The notes: a model not told the origin generated them from the sequence alone. 20,000 nt of DNA from an uncultured virus (IMG/VR IMGVR_UViG_3300013004_000029) (IMGVR_UViG_3300013004_000029), one strand, 5' to 3'. Counted from the stretch's first letter, positions 9,181 to 17,144 are shown. Program-made: numbers and translations.

Positions 9181-9987
9181 TTATTCTTCCACACTTTCCG
9201 GTGTTAAAAAAGGTTTGTCTACGGATCCATCATTGTATTGATGCAGTGAAAACATTTTGTCTCTGGCCTTTTGAGTTGCCATAGCAAGTATTTCCATCTG
9301 CTTTCCTTCTTTCTCTCGTATTTCTTCGTCTTCTAGCATTCTTATTAGTCCTACCCATGAACTTTTACCATCTTCTACTCGTTTAATTCTTTGTTCCCTA
9401 GTTGCCTTAAGATCCTTACTGATTTTTTGCTGTTCATTAAGGAGCTTTGTATATTCATTAGTATAATTAGCGATGCTGTTGCGGGCAAAGCTAAGTTGTG
9501 TTTCAAGGTTGGCCAGTTTTGGAATATCTCTTTGATCTTCTGGTTTAGCATATTCAGCATCCACAAGCTTTTGTAATTTGTCGGTATCTGCTATGTGACG
9601 TTTACGCTCTTTCATGCTGCGATTAATAAGAATATCGATAGTTATAAATTGTTTGATTTGTAATTCTTCTGCTGGTAAAACGTCTTCTCTAAATTGTTTT
9701 ATTAAACCTATCCATGTATCTTCAAAGTATTTTAATTCTCCATTATTATCATCAAATTGACGAACAATTTCTTCCCAGAAAGTTTTAGCATGGAGTTTGT
9801 ACCTTAAGGTTTCGTCATCTTTCTTTTCGTCTGGGGAAGCAAAAAGCTTTTGTTCTTCTATGTATCTCTTAATAGGTGCTGTGCTTCTGTTTAGATACTC
9901 AGCAATCTGTTCTATTGACAATGAATTTACATTGTCTCTTATGTATTTTTCTTCATCAAGAGATAATTGGCCGCGCTTTTTATTCAT
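9181..9987 (-). CDS. HTH plus coiled-coil protein, candidate terminase small subunit
   Basis: N-terminal HTH-like 'LSIEQIAEYLNRSTAPIKRYI' followed by long helices. It lies upstream of TerL; the function is inferred from that position. Confidence 0.45.
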   Translation of the reverse strand: MNKKRGQLSLDEEKYIRDNVNSLSIEQIAEYLNRSTAPIKRYIEEQKLFASPDEKKDDETLRYKLHAKTFWEEIVRQFDDNNGELKYFEDTWIGLIKQFREDVLPAEELQIKQFITIDILINRSMKERKRHIADTDKLQKLVDAEYAKPEDQRDIPKLANLETQLSFARNSIANYTNEYTKLLNEQQKISKDLKATREQRIKRVEDGKSSWVGLIRMLEDEEIREKEGKQMEILAMATQKARDKMFSLHQYNDGSVDKPFLTPESVEE

Positions 9988-10615
9988 TGTCGGTTATTAT
10001 TTCCTGTATATGTTTTTGTAATTTTTTAATATCTGCCTTATGAACCTTAACCCCGTGTTTTAACCGCAAATAAATCTCCCTATGTTCCCCTTGAAGAACC
10101 TCATCCAACTTCTTGATCAATTCTTTGTTACCCATAATATCCTGAAAATCTTCACTATCTTTATTACGTAGTAATGATTGGTCTTCTATTGTGGTGGGTT
10201 TCATAATATTTTTTTTACTATCATTCCTATCATGCCACTTTTTATATAACTCACACTCCATTTGATTGGCAAACTCTGTACATTGATTATTAGAGTTTTT
10301 AAAGTGTTTATCATAAAATGGACAGGTTAAACAAGGCTTGTCAGGACGCTTGTAATTGTCTCTTTTGTAATTAAAGAGCCTATTTCTTACATGGGTCCAC
10401 AAGAAATTTTCCAAAGGTCTTTTATTATCGTATTTTTCTAATCCTTCCAGGGCAAATACAGCTGCCTGCTGATACATATCATCATAGCTATGATAACCGA
10501 ATTTGAATTTATGGCCCAATCTTTTGCTTATATTATCAAGTACTTTTAAAAATTCTTCTTCGCTAACATTATTTGGTAATGAACTATTATTTGTTGTCTT
10601 CTTTTTTTTCTTCAT
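9980..10615 (-). CDS. Sigma-70-family-like factor with a Cys4 insertion
   Basis: Region-2-like 'DDMYQQAAVFALEGLEKYDNKRPLENFLWTHVRNRLFNYKR', then CxxC-x13-C-x8-C, then a short region-4-like helix 'LQGEHREIYLRL'. Confidence 0.7.
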   Translation of the reverse strand: MKKKKKTTNNSSLPNNVSEEEFLKVLDNISKRLGHKFKFGYHSYDDMYQQAAVFALEGLEKYDNKRPLENFLWTHVRNRLFNYKRDNYKRPDKPCLTCPFYDKHFKNSNNQCTEFANQMECELYKKWHDRNDSKKNIMKPTTIEDQSLLRNKDSEDFQDIMGNKELIKKLDEVLQGEHREIYLRLKHGVKVHKADIKKLQKHIQEIITDNE

Positions 10616-10748
10616 CTTCTAAAAGCTCTGCTATGCTTTTCCCTTCGTCTAGTTGTAATTCTTCCGGAGTTACGATAGCACCGTCTGTAGCGCAAGCTTT
10701 GATTTCTAAAACTGATGGTACGATTTTAATCTCATCAAAATTATTCAT
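10587..10748 (-). CDS. Small acidic hypothetical protein, 53 aa (MNNFDEIKIVPSVLEIKACATDG...EDNK)
   Basis: Not in the ORF track. GGGAG RBS 7 nt before the ATG; it is the first gene after the leftward promoter and overlaps the sigma gene start. 15 D/E versus 6 K. Confidence 0.65.
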   Translation of the reverse strand: MNNFDEIKIVPSVLEIKACATDGAIVTPEELQLDEGKSIAELLEDEEKKEDNK

Positions 10749-10778
10749 TAAATTTCTCCCGTATTAGGATTGTATACT

Positions 10779-10807
10779 ATAATACTTTTTTGTACACTTT
10801 CTGTCAA
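10779..10807 (-). promoter_or_regulatory. Sigma70-type promoter for the leftward operon
   Basis: Minus strand TTGACA-N17-TATTAT, about 30 nt upstream of ATG 10748. Confidence 0.7.
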
Positions 10808-10839
10808 TAAGATTATCAAATTTAAAAACCAAATACTAC

Positions 10840-10867
10840 TTGCATAATATTACCAATAGAGTACTAT
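10840..10867 (+). promoter_or_regulatory. Possible sigma70-type promoter for the rightward operon
   Basis: TTGCAT-N16-TACTAT upstream of the AAGGAG RBS of 10909. Confidence 0.4.
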
Positions 10868-10908
10868 ACTACAAGGTGTGAGGGATTTTTTTCAGAAGGA
10901 GACTAAAT

Positions 10909-11145
10909 ATGGCTAATTATAAGAAATGGACCCAATCGGATCTAGAATTTATTCAGAACAATCAGAAGCTATATAGTGATGACGAATTGGCCGCAAAGCT
11001 ATCTCAAATTTGTGGTCAAAATATTACTACCGCTATGATTAGGCGACAAAGACGCAAGCTACATATTGAAAAGCCAAAGGGCAGGCGTCCAAAGAATAGG
11101 GTTGTGTCGAATGAAGCGCCAGCTGTTCAACCAACCGCCAACTAA
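10909..11145 (+). CDS. Small HTH/Myb-like DNA-binding protein
   Basis: 'KKWTQSDLEFI...SDDELAAKLSQ...ITTAMIRRQRRKL' plus the basic 'KPKGRRPK'; AAGGAG RBS. Confidence 0.6.
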   Translation: MANYKKWTQSDLEFIQNNQKLYSDDELAAKLSQICGQNITTAMIRRQRRKLHIEKPKGRRPKNRVVSNEAPAVQPTAN

Positions 11146-11166
11146 GTTTTATAGAGAACTTATCAA

Positions 11167-12993
11167 ATGTGTGGTATAGTAGCTTACAAGGGCGGGCAGA
11201 AATGCTTGCCCTTTTTGCTTGAAGGATTAAAAAGATTAGAATACCGGGGCTATGATAGTGCCGGAATTAGTTACATTATGTTTCATAAGATTGTGACTAA
11301 AAAGCAGGCAGGATGTGTTGCAGATCTAAAAGCAATTATTGATACTGAACATGGATCTACTGCCAGGGTGGGTATTGGCCATACTAGGTGGGCAACTCAT
11401 GGCAAACCATGTTCAAGAAATGCTCATCCTCATAATACTTTAGACAATCGATTAAGTATGGTTCATAATGGTATTATTGAGAATTATTTAACTTTAAAGG
11501 AAGAGTTATTACAAAAGGGATATCTATTTAAGAGTGATACCGATAGTGAGGTTTTGCTCTATTTAATTTATGATTATCTTATTAAAGAAACTGGGGATTT
11601 GTGCGAAGCTGTAAAACTAGCTTCAGAAAGAGCTACCGGGGCCTTTGCTATTGTCATATTAGACATATTAAATCCAAATACTCTGGTTTGTGCAAAAAGA
11701 GGGAGTCCTTTGGTTGTGGGCGAAAATGATGGAGAGTTCTTTGTGGCATCTGATGGTATAGCTATACATGAACATTGTAATGAAATTATAGTGCTAGAGG
11801 ATAATACTATATGTAAAATTAGTGATAAAATAGAATTATTTAATATGGATGGTCAAATAGTATCACCGTGTAATGTACAAAAATTATATTATCAGTTATT
11901 CAATATAGAAAAGGGTGAGTTTGATCACTTTATGTTAAAAGAAATATACGAACAACCACGATGCATAGAAGATTGTACTAGTGGGCGAATCGATGGATAT
12001 AGAATGATGTTGGGGGGACTTGTGGGATATGAAGATAAAATATCTAACGCTAAACATATAACTATATTAGGTTGTGGTACTAGCTGGCACGCTGGATTAT
12101 TAGCCAAGTATTATTTAGAGGAATTTTGTCATATTAAAGTTAGTGTGGAATATGCTAGTGAATATAGATATAGAAAGCCATATATAGATAGCGAAGATAT
12201 AGTTATAGGTATTAGTCAAAGTGGTGAAACTGCTGATACTTTGAGCGCATTAGAGCTAGCTAAAAGTAAGGGAGCTTTTATTATTGGTATTTGTAATACT
12301 CCTAATTCCTCTATGGTTAGATTAACTGATTGTGGAATATTTCTTAGAGCAGGAATGGAGATTGGTGTTGCAAGTACAAAAGCGTTTACAACACAGGTCG
12401 TATCTCTCCTAATGTTAAGTTTATGGATAGAACAAAATAAATCTGAGCGTCCTATGGATATTGATTATAGAAAAGCTCTTATTAATGATTTGAGAAATTT
12501 ACCTGATACTATGAGAAAAGCTTTGGATGGACAAAAAATAGAATCAATAGCTAAAAAGTTTATTAAAGCTAAAAATTGTTTGTATCTTGGGCGTCAATAT
12601 AATTTTCCTGTGGCTTTAGAGGGTGCATTAAAATTAAAAGAAATTAGTTATGTTCATGCTGAAGGATATCCGGCAGCAGAAATGAAACACGGACCTATTG
12701 CTCTAATAGATAAAAATATGCCTGTGGTAGTAGTAACTAATCACAAGAACCATTATGATAAGATATATAATAATATTAAAGAAATTCAAGCTAGAGAAGG
12801 AAAAATAATATCTATTAATGATAGTAATAGTTCTATTGGAGACTATAATATATGTGTACCTCAAATTATTGATCCGTTATCTCCGTTGGTTTCTATAATT
12901 CCTTTGCAACTGTTTGCTTATTATAGTGCTGTAATTAGAGGGTGTAATGTGGATAAACCTAGGAATTTAGCTAAAAGTGTAACCGTGGAGTAA
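11167..12993 (+). CDS. glmS: Glutamine-fructose-6-phosphate transaminase (isomerizing)
   Basis: N-terminal 'MCGIV', 'LEYRGYDSAG', 'GHTRWATHG', 'SQSGETAD', 'EGALKLKEISY' and C-terminal 'PRNLAKSVTVE'. Full length, 608 aa. Confidence 0.97.
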   Translation: MCGIVAYKGGQKCLPFLLEGLKRLEYRGYDSAGISYIMFHKIVTKKQAGCVADLKAIIDTEHGSTARVGIGHTRWATHGKPCSRNAHPHNTLDNRLSMVHNGIIENYLTLKEELLQKGYLFKSDTDSEVLLYLIYDYLIKETGDLCEAVKLASERATGAFAIVILDILNPNTLVCAKRGSPLVVGENDGEFFVASDGIAIHEHCNEIIVLEDNTICKISDKIELFNMDGQIVSPCNVQKLYYQLFNIEKGEFDHFMLKEIYEQPRCIEDCTSGRIDGYRMMLGGLVGYEDKISNAKHITILGCGTSWHAGLLAKYYLEEFCHIKVSVEYASEYRYRKPYIDSEDIVIGISQSGETADTLSALELAKSKGAFIIGICNTPNSSMVRLTDCGIFLRAGMEIGVASTKAFTTQVVSLLMLSLWIEQNKSERPMDIDYRKALINDLRNLPDTMRKALDGQKIESIAKKFIKAKNCLYLGRQYNFPVALEGALKLKEISYVHAEGYPAAEMKHGPIALIDKNMPVVVVTNHKNHYDKIYNNIKEIQAREGKIISINDSNSSIGDYNICVPQIIDPLSPLVSIIPLQLFAYYSAVIRGCNVDKPRNLAKSVTVE

Positions 12994-12996
12994 ATT

Positions 12997-13917
12997 ATGA
13001 AAATTCTTTTAACTGGCGGATATGGTTTTCTGGGGCGATATGTATATGATAAATTAATAGCTAGTGGATATAATGATACAAAAATATTTGGATCTAAAGA
13101 GTATGATTTAAGAGATAAAGATCAGACACTAAAGCTTGTAGATAGTTATAAACCTGATGCTGTTATTCATTTAGCTGCTACTGTTGGTGGCATAGGTGCC
13201 AACATGAAAAATCCTGGAGTGTATTTTTACGAAAATATGGTTATGGGATTAAATCTGATAGAGAGCAGCAGAGTTGTAGGAATTAATAAATTTGTGCAGG
13301 TTGGGACGGTGTGTTCTTATCCTAAATATTGTGCTGTGCCATTTAGAGAAGATGATTTGTGGGAAGGCTATCCTGAAGAAACAAATGCTCCTTATGGAGT
13401 TGCTAAGAAAGCGTTATATGTAATGTTAGAAGCATATAAAAAACAATATAACTTTAATAGTACTATTTTGATACCTTGTAATTTATATGGTCCATACGAT
13501 AATTTTAATCCAGATTCTAGTCATGTTATACCAGCATTAATTAAAAAGGTGGCGGAAGCCAAGGAATATGGAGACAATGGCATAGAGTGTTGGGGAACTG
13601 GTAGTGCTACTAGAGAATTTTTATATGCTGAAGATGCAGCAGAGGCTATTGTTAAAAGTATTAAAATAGATACTGCTCCGTCTCCTATTAATCTTGGTAC
13701 TGGTGAGGATATTAGTATAAAAAATTTAATTGACACCATATGTAGTGTTATGGACTATAATGGAACAATTGTGTGGGATACATCTAAGCCAGATGGTCAA
13801 CCTAGAAGAAAATTAGATGTATCATTATCTAACAAAATTTTAGGATGGAAAGCTAAAACTCAATTGCGTGATGGTTTACAAAAAACAATAGAATGGTATT
13901 TAAGGAGAAGTACATGA
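12997..13917 (+). CDS. fcl: GDP-L-fucose synthase (GDP-4-keto-6-deoxymannose epimerase/reductase)
   Basis: 'GGYGFLG', 'HLAATVGGIGAN', 'CSYPK', 'EETNAPYGVAKK', 'SHVIPALI', 'KPDGQPRR'. Confidence 0.93.
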   Translation: MKILLTGGYGFLGRYVYDKLIASGYNDTKIFGSKEYDLRDKDQTLKLVDSYKPDAVIHLAATVGGIGANMKNPGVYFYENMVMGLNLIESSRVVGINKFVQVGTVCSYPKYCAVPFREDDLWEGYPEETNAPYGVAKKALYVMLEAYKKQYNFNSTILIPCNLYGPYDNFNPDSSHVIPALIKKVAEAKEYGDNGIECWGTGSATREFLYAEDAAEAIVKSIKIDTAPSPINLGTGEDISIKNLIDTICSVMDYNGTIVWDTSKPDGQPRRKLDVSLSNKILGWKAKTQLRDGLQKTIEWYLRRST

Positions 13918-14240
13918 AAAATTTATTAGCGTCTTTTATTTTTGTAGTACTACTATGTTCGTCTTCATACGCTCAACAAGTAGTAGTACCTGTGACTAGT
14001 TATGTTCCAACTACAGTAGTTAATAATGTTGTTGTACCGGTATATAGTACGTACTATAGACCTGTAACTACTTACTACTATAATCCTGTTGTGGCTGCTC
14101 CTGTGTGGATAGCTCCTCCATACTACAATTATATTGTACAAGAACGAGCGGGCTTGTTTGGATGTCAAAGAACTTATGTTAATATAGTTCCTAATTATCC
14201 TGGATTTTTTTATGGAAATCAAATTATTAGACCATACTGA
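13914..14240 (+). CDS. Secreted V/P/Y/T-rich low-complexity protein
   Basis: AAGGAG RBS and an ATGA overlap with the fcl stop. Signal peptide 'MKNLLASFIFVVLLCSSSYA', then 'VVVPVTSYVPTTVV...YYRPVTTYYYNPVV'. Confidence 0.7.
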   Translation: MKNLLASFIFVVLLCSSSYAQQVVVPVTSYVPTTVVNNVVVPVYSTYYRPVTTYYYNPVVAAPVWIAPPYYNYIVQERAGLFGCQRTYVNIVPNYPGFFYGNQIIRPY

Positions 14241-14643
14241 TAATATTTCTCAGTATCTAGAATGTGTGGCCTCACTAAATAATAGTGGGGTCGTATTGTG
14301 TGACGAGGAAAGCATTAAGTTTGCTCTGGAAGCTAGACCAAGTAATATATTAACATTCGTAGGAATAGTAGATAATAATATTGTCTGTACTGCTACTACA
14401 ATTATGGAGCGTAAATTAAGATATAAACAGCTATGCTGTCATATAGAAGATGTTGCTGTTCATCCATCTCAACAAGGAAAAGGGTATGGAAAAGAAATTG
14501 TAGATCATTGTATCAAAGTAGCAAAAAAGAATAATTGTTATAAGGTTAAATTAAATTGTAATCCTAGTTTAGTGGAATTCTATAAAAAAATTGGTTTTGA
14601 TGATGGTGGAATGCATATGGTTTTAAATCCTATTGACACCTGA
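14212..14643 (+). CDS. GNAT acetyltransferase, GNA1-like (glucosamine-6-phosphate N-acetyltransferase)
   Basis: 'ERKL...CHIEDVAVHPSQQGKGYGK...CYKVKLNC...FYKKIGF' follows the GNA1 pattern (HIEDV..., CYKxxLxC). In the same operon as glmS. Confidence 0.75.
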   Translation: MEIKLLDHTDNISQYLECVASLNNSGVVLCDEESIKFALEARPSNILTFVGIVDNNIVCTATTIMERKLRYKQLCCHIEDVAVHPSQQGKGYGKEIVDHCIKVAKKNNCYKVKLNCNPSLVEFYKKIGFDDGGMHMVLNPIDT

Positions 14644-14660
14644 ATTTTTTTTGGTAAATT
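14633..14660 (+). promoter_or_regulatory. Possible sigma70-type promoter for the protease gene
   Basis: TTGACA-N16-TAAATT with a TGn extension, about 45 nt upstream of ATG 14705. Confidence 0.45.
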
Positions 14661-14704
14661 GCGAGAAGTTCAGATTTGTCACAACTTTTCGTAAGGACAC
14701 GACC

Positions 14705-16303
14705 ATGAACAAAAAAGTTCTAGGCATAGAGAATTTGGAATCTAGAACCCTCTTGTCAGTAGCTCCTAATGATACTTTCTTAAATAACCAATGGGGTTTA
14801 AATAATATATCGTCGTTTGGAGCTTGGAGTCAAAATACAGGCTCTAAAAGCGTTGTGGTGGCTATTATAGATAGCGGTATAGACCTAACACATAAAGATC
14901 TCAAAGATAATTTATGGATAAATCCTGGAGAAATTCCAAATGATGGTATAGATAATGAGGGGGATGGATATATAGATGATGTTAATGGATGGAATTTTGC
15001 AAACAATAATAATGACGTGCAGGACAGATATGGTCATGGAACTCATATTGCTGGAATAATTGGTGCAGTGGGGAACAATTCTTTGGGTGTTGCTGGCGTT
15101 AATTGGAATGTTAGTCTAATGCCTCTTAAGTTTTTAGATGATAAGGGGGTTGGAGATACGGGTGGCGCTTTGGCTGCTATGGATTATATCCTAATGATGA
15201 AGAACTCTTACCATATAAATATTGTGGTTGCTAATGCTAGCTGGGGTGGAGGAATTGGCTTTAGTAATATGTTGTATGGGGAGATTCAAAAATTAAATGA
15301 TGCTAATATACTACTAAGTGTGGCTGCTGGAAATAATGGTAGTGATAATGATATTACTTTAAGATATCCTAGTTGTTTTGATATTCCTAATATTATTAGT
15401 GTGGGGGCTTTGGGATATGATGGAATACATTTAGCATCATATTCTAATTATGGCGCCGTTCAAGTTGATCTGGCTGCTCCTGGTGGTATGATATATTCAA
15501 CATTGCCATGGAATAGTTATGGGTATTTAAGTGGAACTAGTATGGCTGCTCCTTTTGTTACCGGGACTGTGGCTTTATTAAATGCAGTTAAGTCTAATTT
15601 GAGTGTTGCAGAAGTTAAGAATGCTATATTTGCCGGGGTGGATAAAATACCAGAGTTGTTTGGTAAGGTTGCTACTAATGGAAAATTAAATGTTGAGGCT
15701 GCTGTTGATAGTTTGCTGGGAATTCCGTATGAACATAATAAGGCTCCTATAGGATCTATTAACTATCAGTCATTAAGGCTTGTTGGGGGCTGGGCAAAAG
15801 ATCCTGATAGTTTGGTATCTGTTAATGTTCAATTATGGATAGATAATAATCTGGTAGGATCAAAGATAACAAACTCTGATGGAGGTTTCGTTTTTAATCT
15901 GGGTGGCCTGACAGTAGGGGATCATATTATAAATATCAAGGCTCAGGACGTTCAAAGCAAATCTTGGACAGATATAGCTTCGACCAAGGTTACTATAAAG
16001 CCTCCTGTGGTTCATGTTGGCTTCTTATCAATCAACAGAGTTGTTGGCTGGGCGTATAGTGAAAGATCTGGTTCTTCTCCTGTGGTTGTTAGAATACTAG
16101 TGAACAATAGACTGGTGGCATCTCAGTGGGCTAATGGATATAGACCAGCATTACAAGCTTCTTTGGGTAGCTCGTATCATGGTTTTAATATCTCATTAGA
16201 TAGGATCTGGTTTCATAGAGGATCAAATAATATAAAGATTCAGGTATACGACCCTATTTCAAAACAAGTTTCAATAGCATGGACAGGAACAACATATAAA
16301 TAA
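14705..16303 (+). CDS. S8 (subtilisin-like) serine protease with a planctomycete-type N-terminal motif and two C-terminal beta-rich repeats
   Basis: Catalytic 'IIDSG', 'HGTHIAG' and 'GTSMAAP', oxyanion 'AAGN'. Probable start is ATG 14705 (MNKKVLGIENLESRTLLS) after TAAGGA. C-terminal repeats 'VGGWAKDPD...VQLWIDN' and 'VVGWAYSER...VRILVNN'. Confidence 0.92.
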   Translation: MNKKVLGIENLESRTLLSVAPNDTFLNNQWGLNNISSFGAWSQNTGSKSVVVAIIDSGIDLTHKDLKDNLWINPGEIPNDGIDNEGDGYIDDVNGWNFANNNNDVQDRYGHGTHIAGIIGAVGNNSLGVAGVNWNVSLMPLKFLDDKGVGDTGGALAAMDYILMMKNSYHINIVVANASWGGGIGFSNMLYGEIQKLNDANILLSVAAGNNGSDNDITLRYPSCFDIPNIISVGALGYDGIHLASYSNYGAVQVDLAAPGGMIYSTLPWNSYGYLSGTSMAAPFVTGTVALLNAVKSNLSVAEVKNAIFAGVDKIPELFGKVATNGKLNVEAAVDSLLGIPYEHNKAPIGSINYQSLRLVGGWAKDPDSLVSVNVQLWIDNNLVGSKITNSDGGFVFNLGGLTVGDHIINIKAQDVQSKSWTDIASTKVTIKPPVVHVGFLSINRVVGWAYSERSGSSPVVVRILVNNRLVASQWANGYRPALQASLGSSYHGFNISLDRIWFHRGSNNIKIQVYDPISKQVSIAWTGTTYK

Positions 16304-16400
16304 ACTGGCCAATTCTATATAGGGGTGCCTACTTTTTTTAGACCACCGCAGGGTTTCCCTAATTTTTCGACAGTACTTACCCAAAACGAAAAAACCCCCC

Positions 16401-16478
16401 TAAGTTGTTGAGGGGTATGGACTTACGTTGAGTTTTATCCGCAAAATTTGACGTAAGTTCTTTATCTGTATGTACTTA
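16401..16478. repeat. Double-palindrome element, copy 1
   Basis: TAAGT(16401)-N15-ACTTA-N28-TAAGT(16454)-N15-ACTTA(ends 16478). Confidence 0.9.
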
Positions 16479-16521
16479 TGTCATATCTCGTAAAAAAACC
16501 AAAAAAATTTTCTCTAAGGTA

Positions 16522-16550
16522 TTGACACGGGAAAAGACGATATGTATAAT
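16522..16550 (+). promoter_or_regulatory. Consensus sigma70 promoter
   Basis: TTGACA-N17-TATAAT, with an A/T-rich stretch upstream. Confidence 0.9.
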
Positions 16551-16578
16551 GCGTTCAACACAAGAGGAGATGAGAAAA

Positions 16579-16818
16579 ATGGTTACCTTGAACACCCGAG
16601 ACGAGTTGGTTGAGTTCCTGTACGGTGCGAACAGCACTTGCCCCGATACTCTGGTTGGTGTGGCTCGTATTGGTGGAGAGTTGCTTGAGGAGGCTCTGAC
16701 CTGTGAGCTTTCTGACGGTACTTTCAGCATCAACGATTTCTTCCCGATGGGCGATGAGGGTGAGGGTATCACCGTTGATCGTGAGGGAACGATCTTGAAC
16801 GACTATCTGTACTACTGA
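16579..16818 (+). CDS. Small acidic hypothetical protein (79 aa)
   Basis: GAGGAG 9 nt before ATG 16579. The ORF-track start (TTG 16522) is the -35 box. 16 D/E, 3 R, no K. Confidence 0.75.
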   Translation: MVTLNTRDELVEFLYGANSTCPDTLVGVARIGGELLEEALTCELSDGTFSINDFFPMGDEGEGITVDREGTILNDYLYY

Positions 16819-16824
16819 TCAGTA

Positions 16825-16852
16825 TTGACACGATCAAAAATCTTGCTAAAAT
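16825..16852 (+). promoter_or_regulatory. Sigma70 promoter
   Basis: TTGACA-N16-TAAAAT with extended TGn; spacer resembles that of the 19294 promoter. Confidence 0.8.
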
Positions 16853-16877
16853 AGGGACATCAGAAAGAGAGAAAGAA

Positions 16878-17066
16878 ATGAATAGCAACTACTTCCAGCC
16901 ATCGTTTGACACAATGCAGACTAGCACGATTCAGTTGACCTTGCGTGAGGCACAGATACAACTCAATCATGCGAAGGGTGCGGTGAGAGAGGTACTGTGC
17001 GAAGTGATTAGGGCTGCTGCTACTGAACTTCTGATCAGGTATAGAGCAAATAAGAATACGCTCTAA
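16878..17066 (+). CDS. Hypothetical protein (62 aa)
   Basis: Own promoter and purine-rich leader. The stop TAA forms the first bases of repeat copy 2. Confidence 0.65.
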   Translation: MNSNYFQPSFDTMQTSTIQLTLREAQIQLNHAKGAVREVLCEVIRAAATELLIRYRANKNTL

Positions 17067-17140
17067 CATACTGATACATAAGTACTTACGACTAGCGGGC
17101 GGGCCGAGTTTGACGTAAGTGTATGCTGCATAATGACTTA
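17064..17140. repeat. Double-palindrome element, copy 2
   Basis: TAACA-N15-ACTTA-N27 (GCGGGCGGGCCG core)-TAAGT-N15-ACTTA. Confidence 0.9.
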
Positions 17141-17144
17141 CGTT

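Noticed and set aside
162..10767. Alternative-frame and antisense ORFs (162-485, 1759-1992, 1874-2059, 2095-2358, 3250-3462, 3504-3692, 4249-4479, 4956-5153, 5512-5781, 7478-7807, 9375-9566, 9391-9576, 9797-10021, 10573-10767)
   Set aside because: They overlap well-supported genes and have the S/F/L-rich composition of shadow ORFs.
11146..11166. glmS ribozyme upstream of glmS
   Set aside because: Only 21 nt of intergenic space.
11925..14222. Minus-strand ORFs 11925-12107, 13521-13739 and 13965-14222
   Set aside because: Antisense to glmS, fcl and the secreted protein, with no recognisable motifs.
14633..14704. N-terminal extension of the protease from TTG 14633
   Set aside because: That TTG is part of a TTGACA box. 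ATG 14705 has an RBS and places the LESR motif at the N-terminus.
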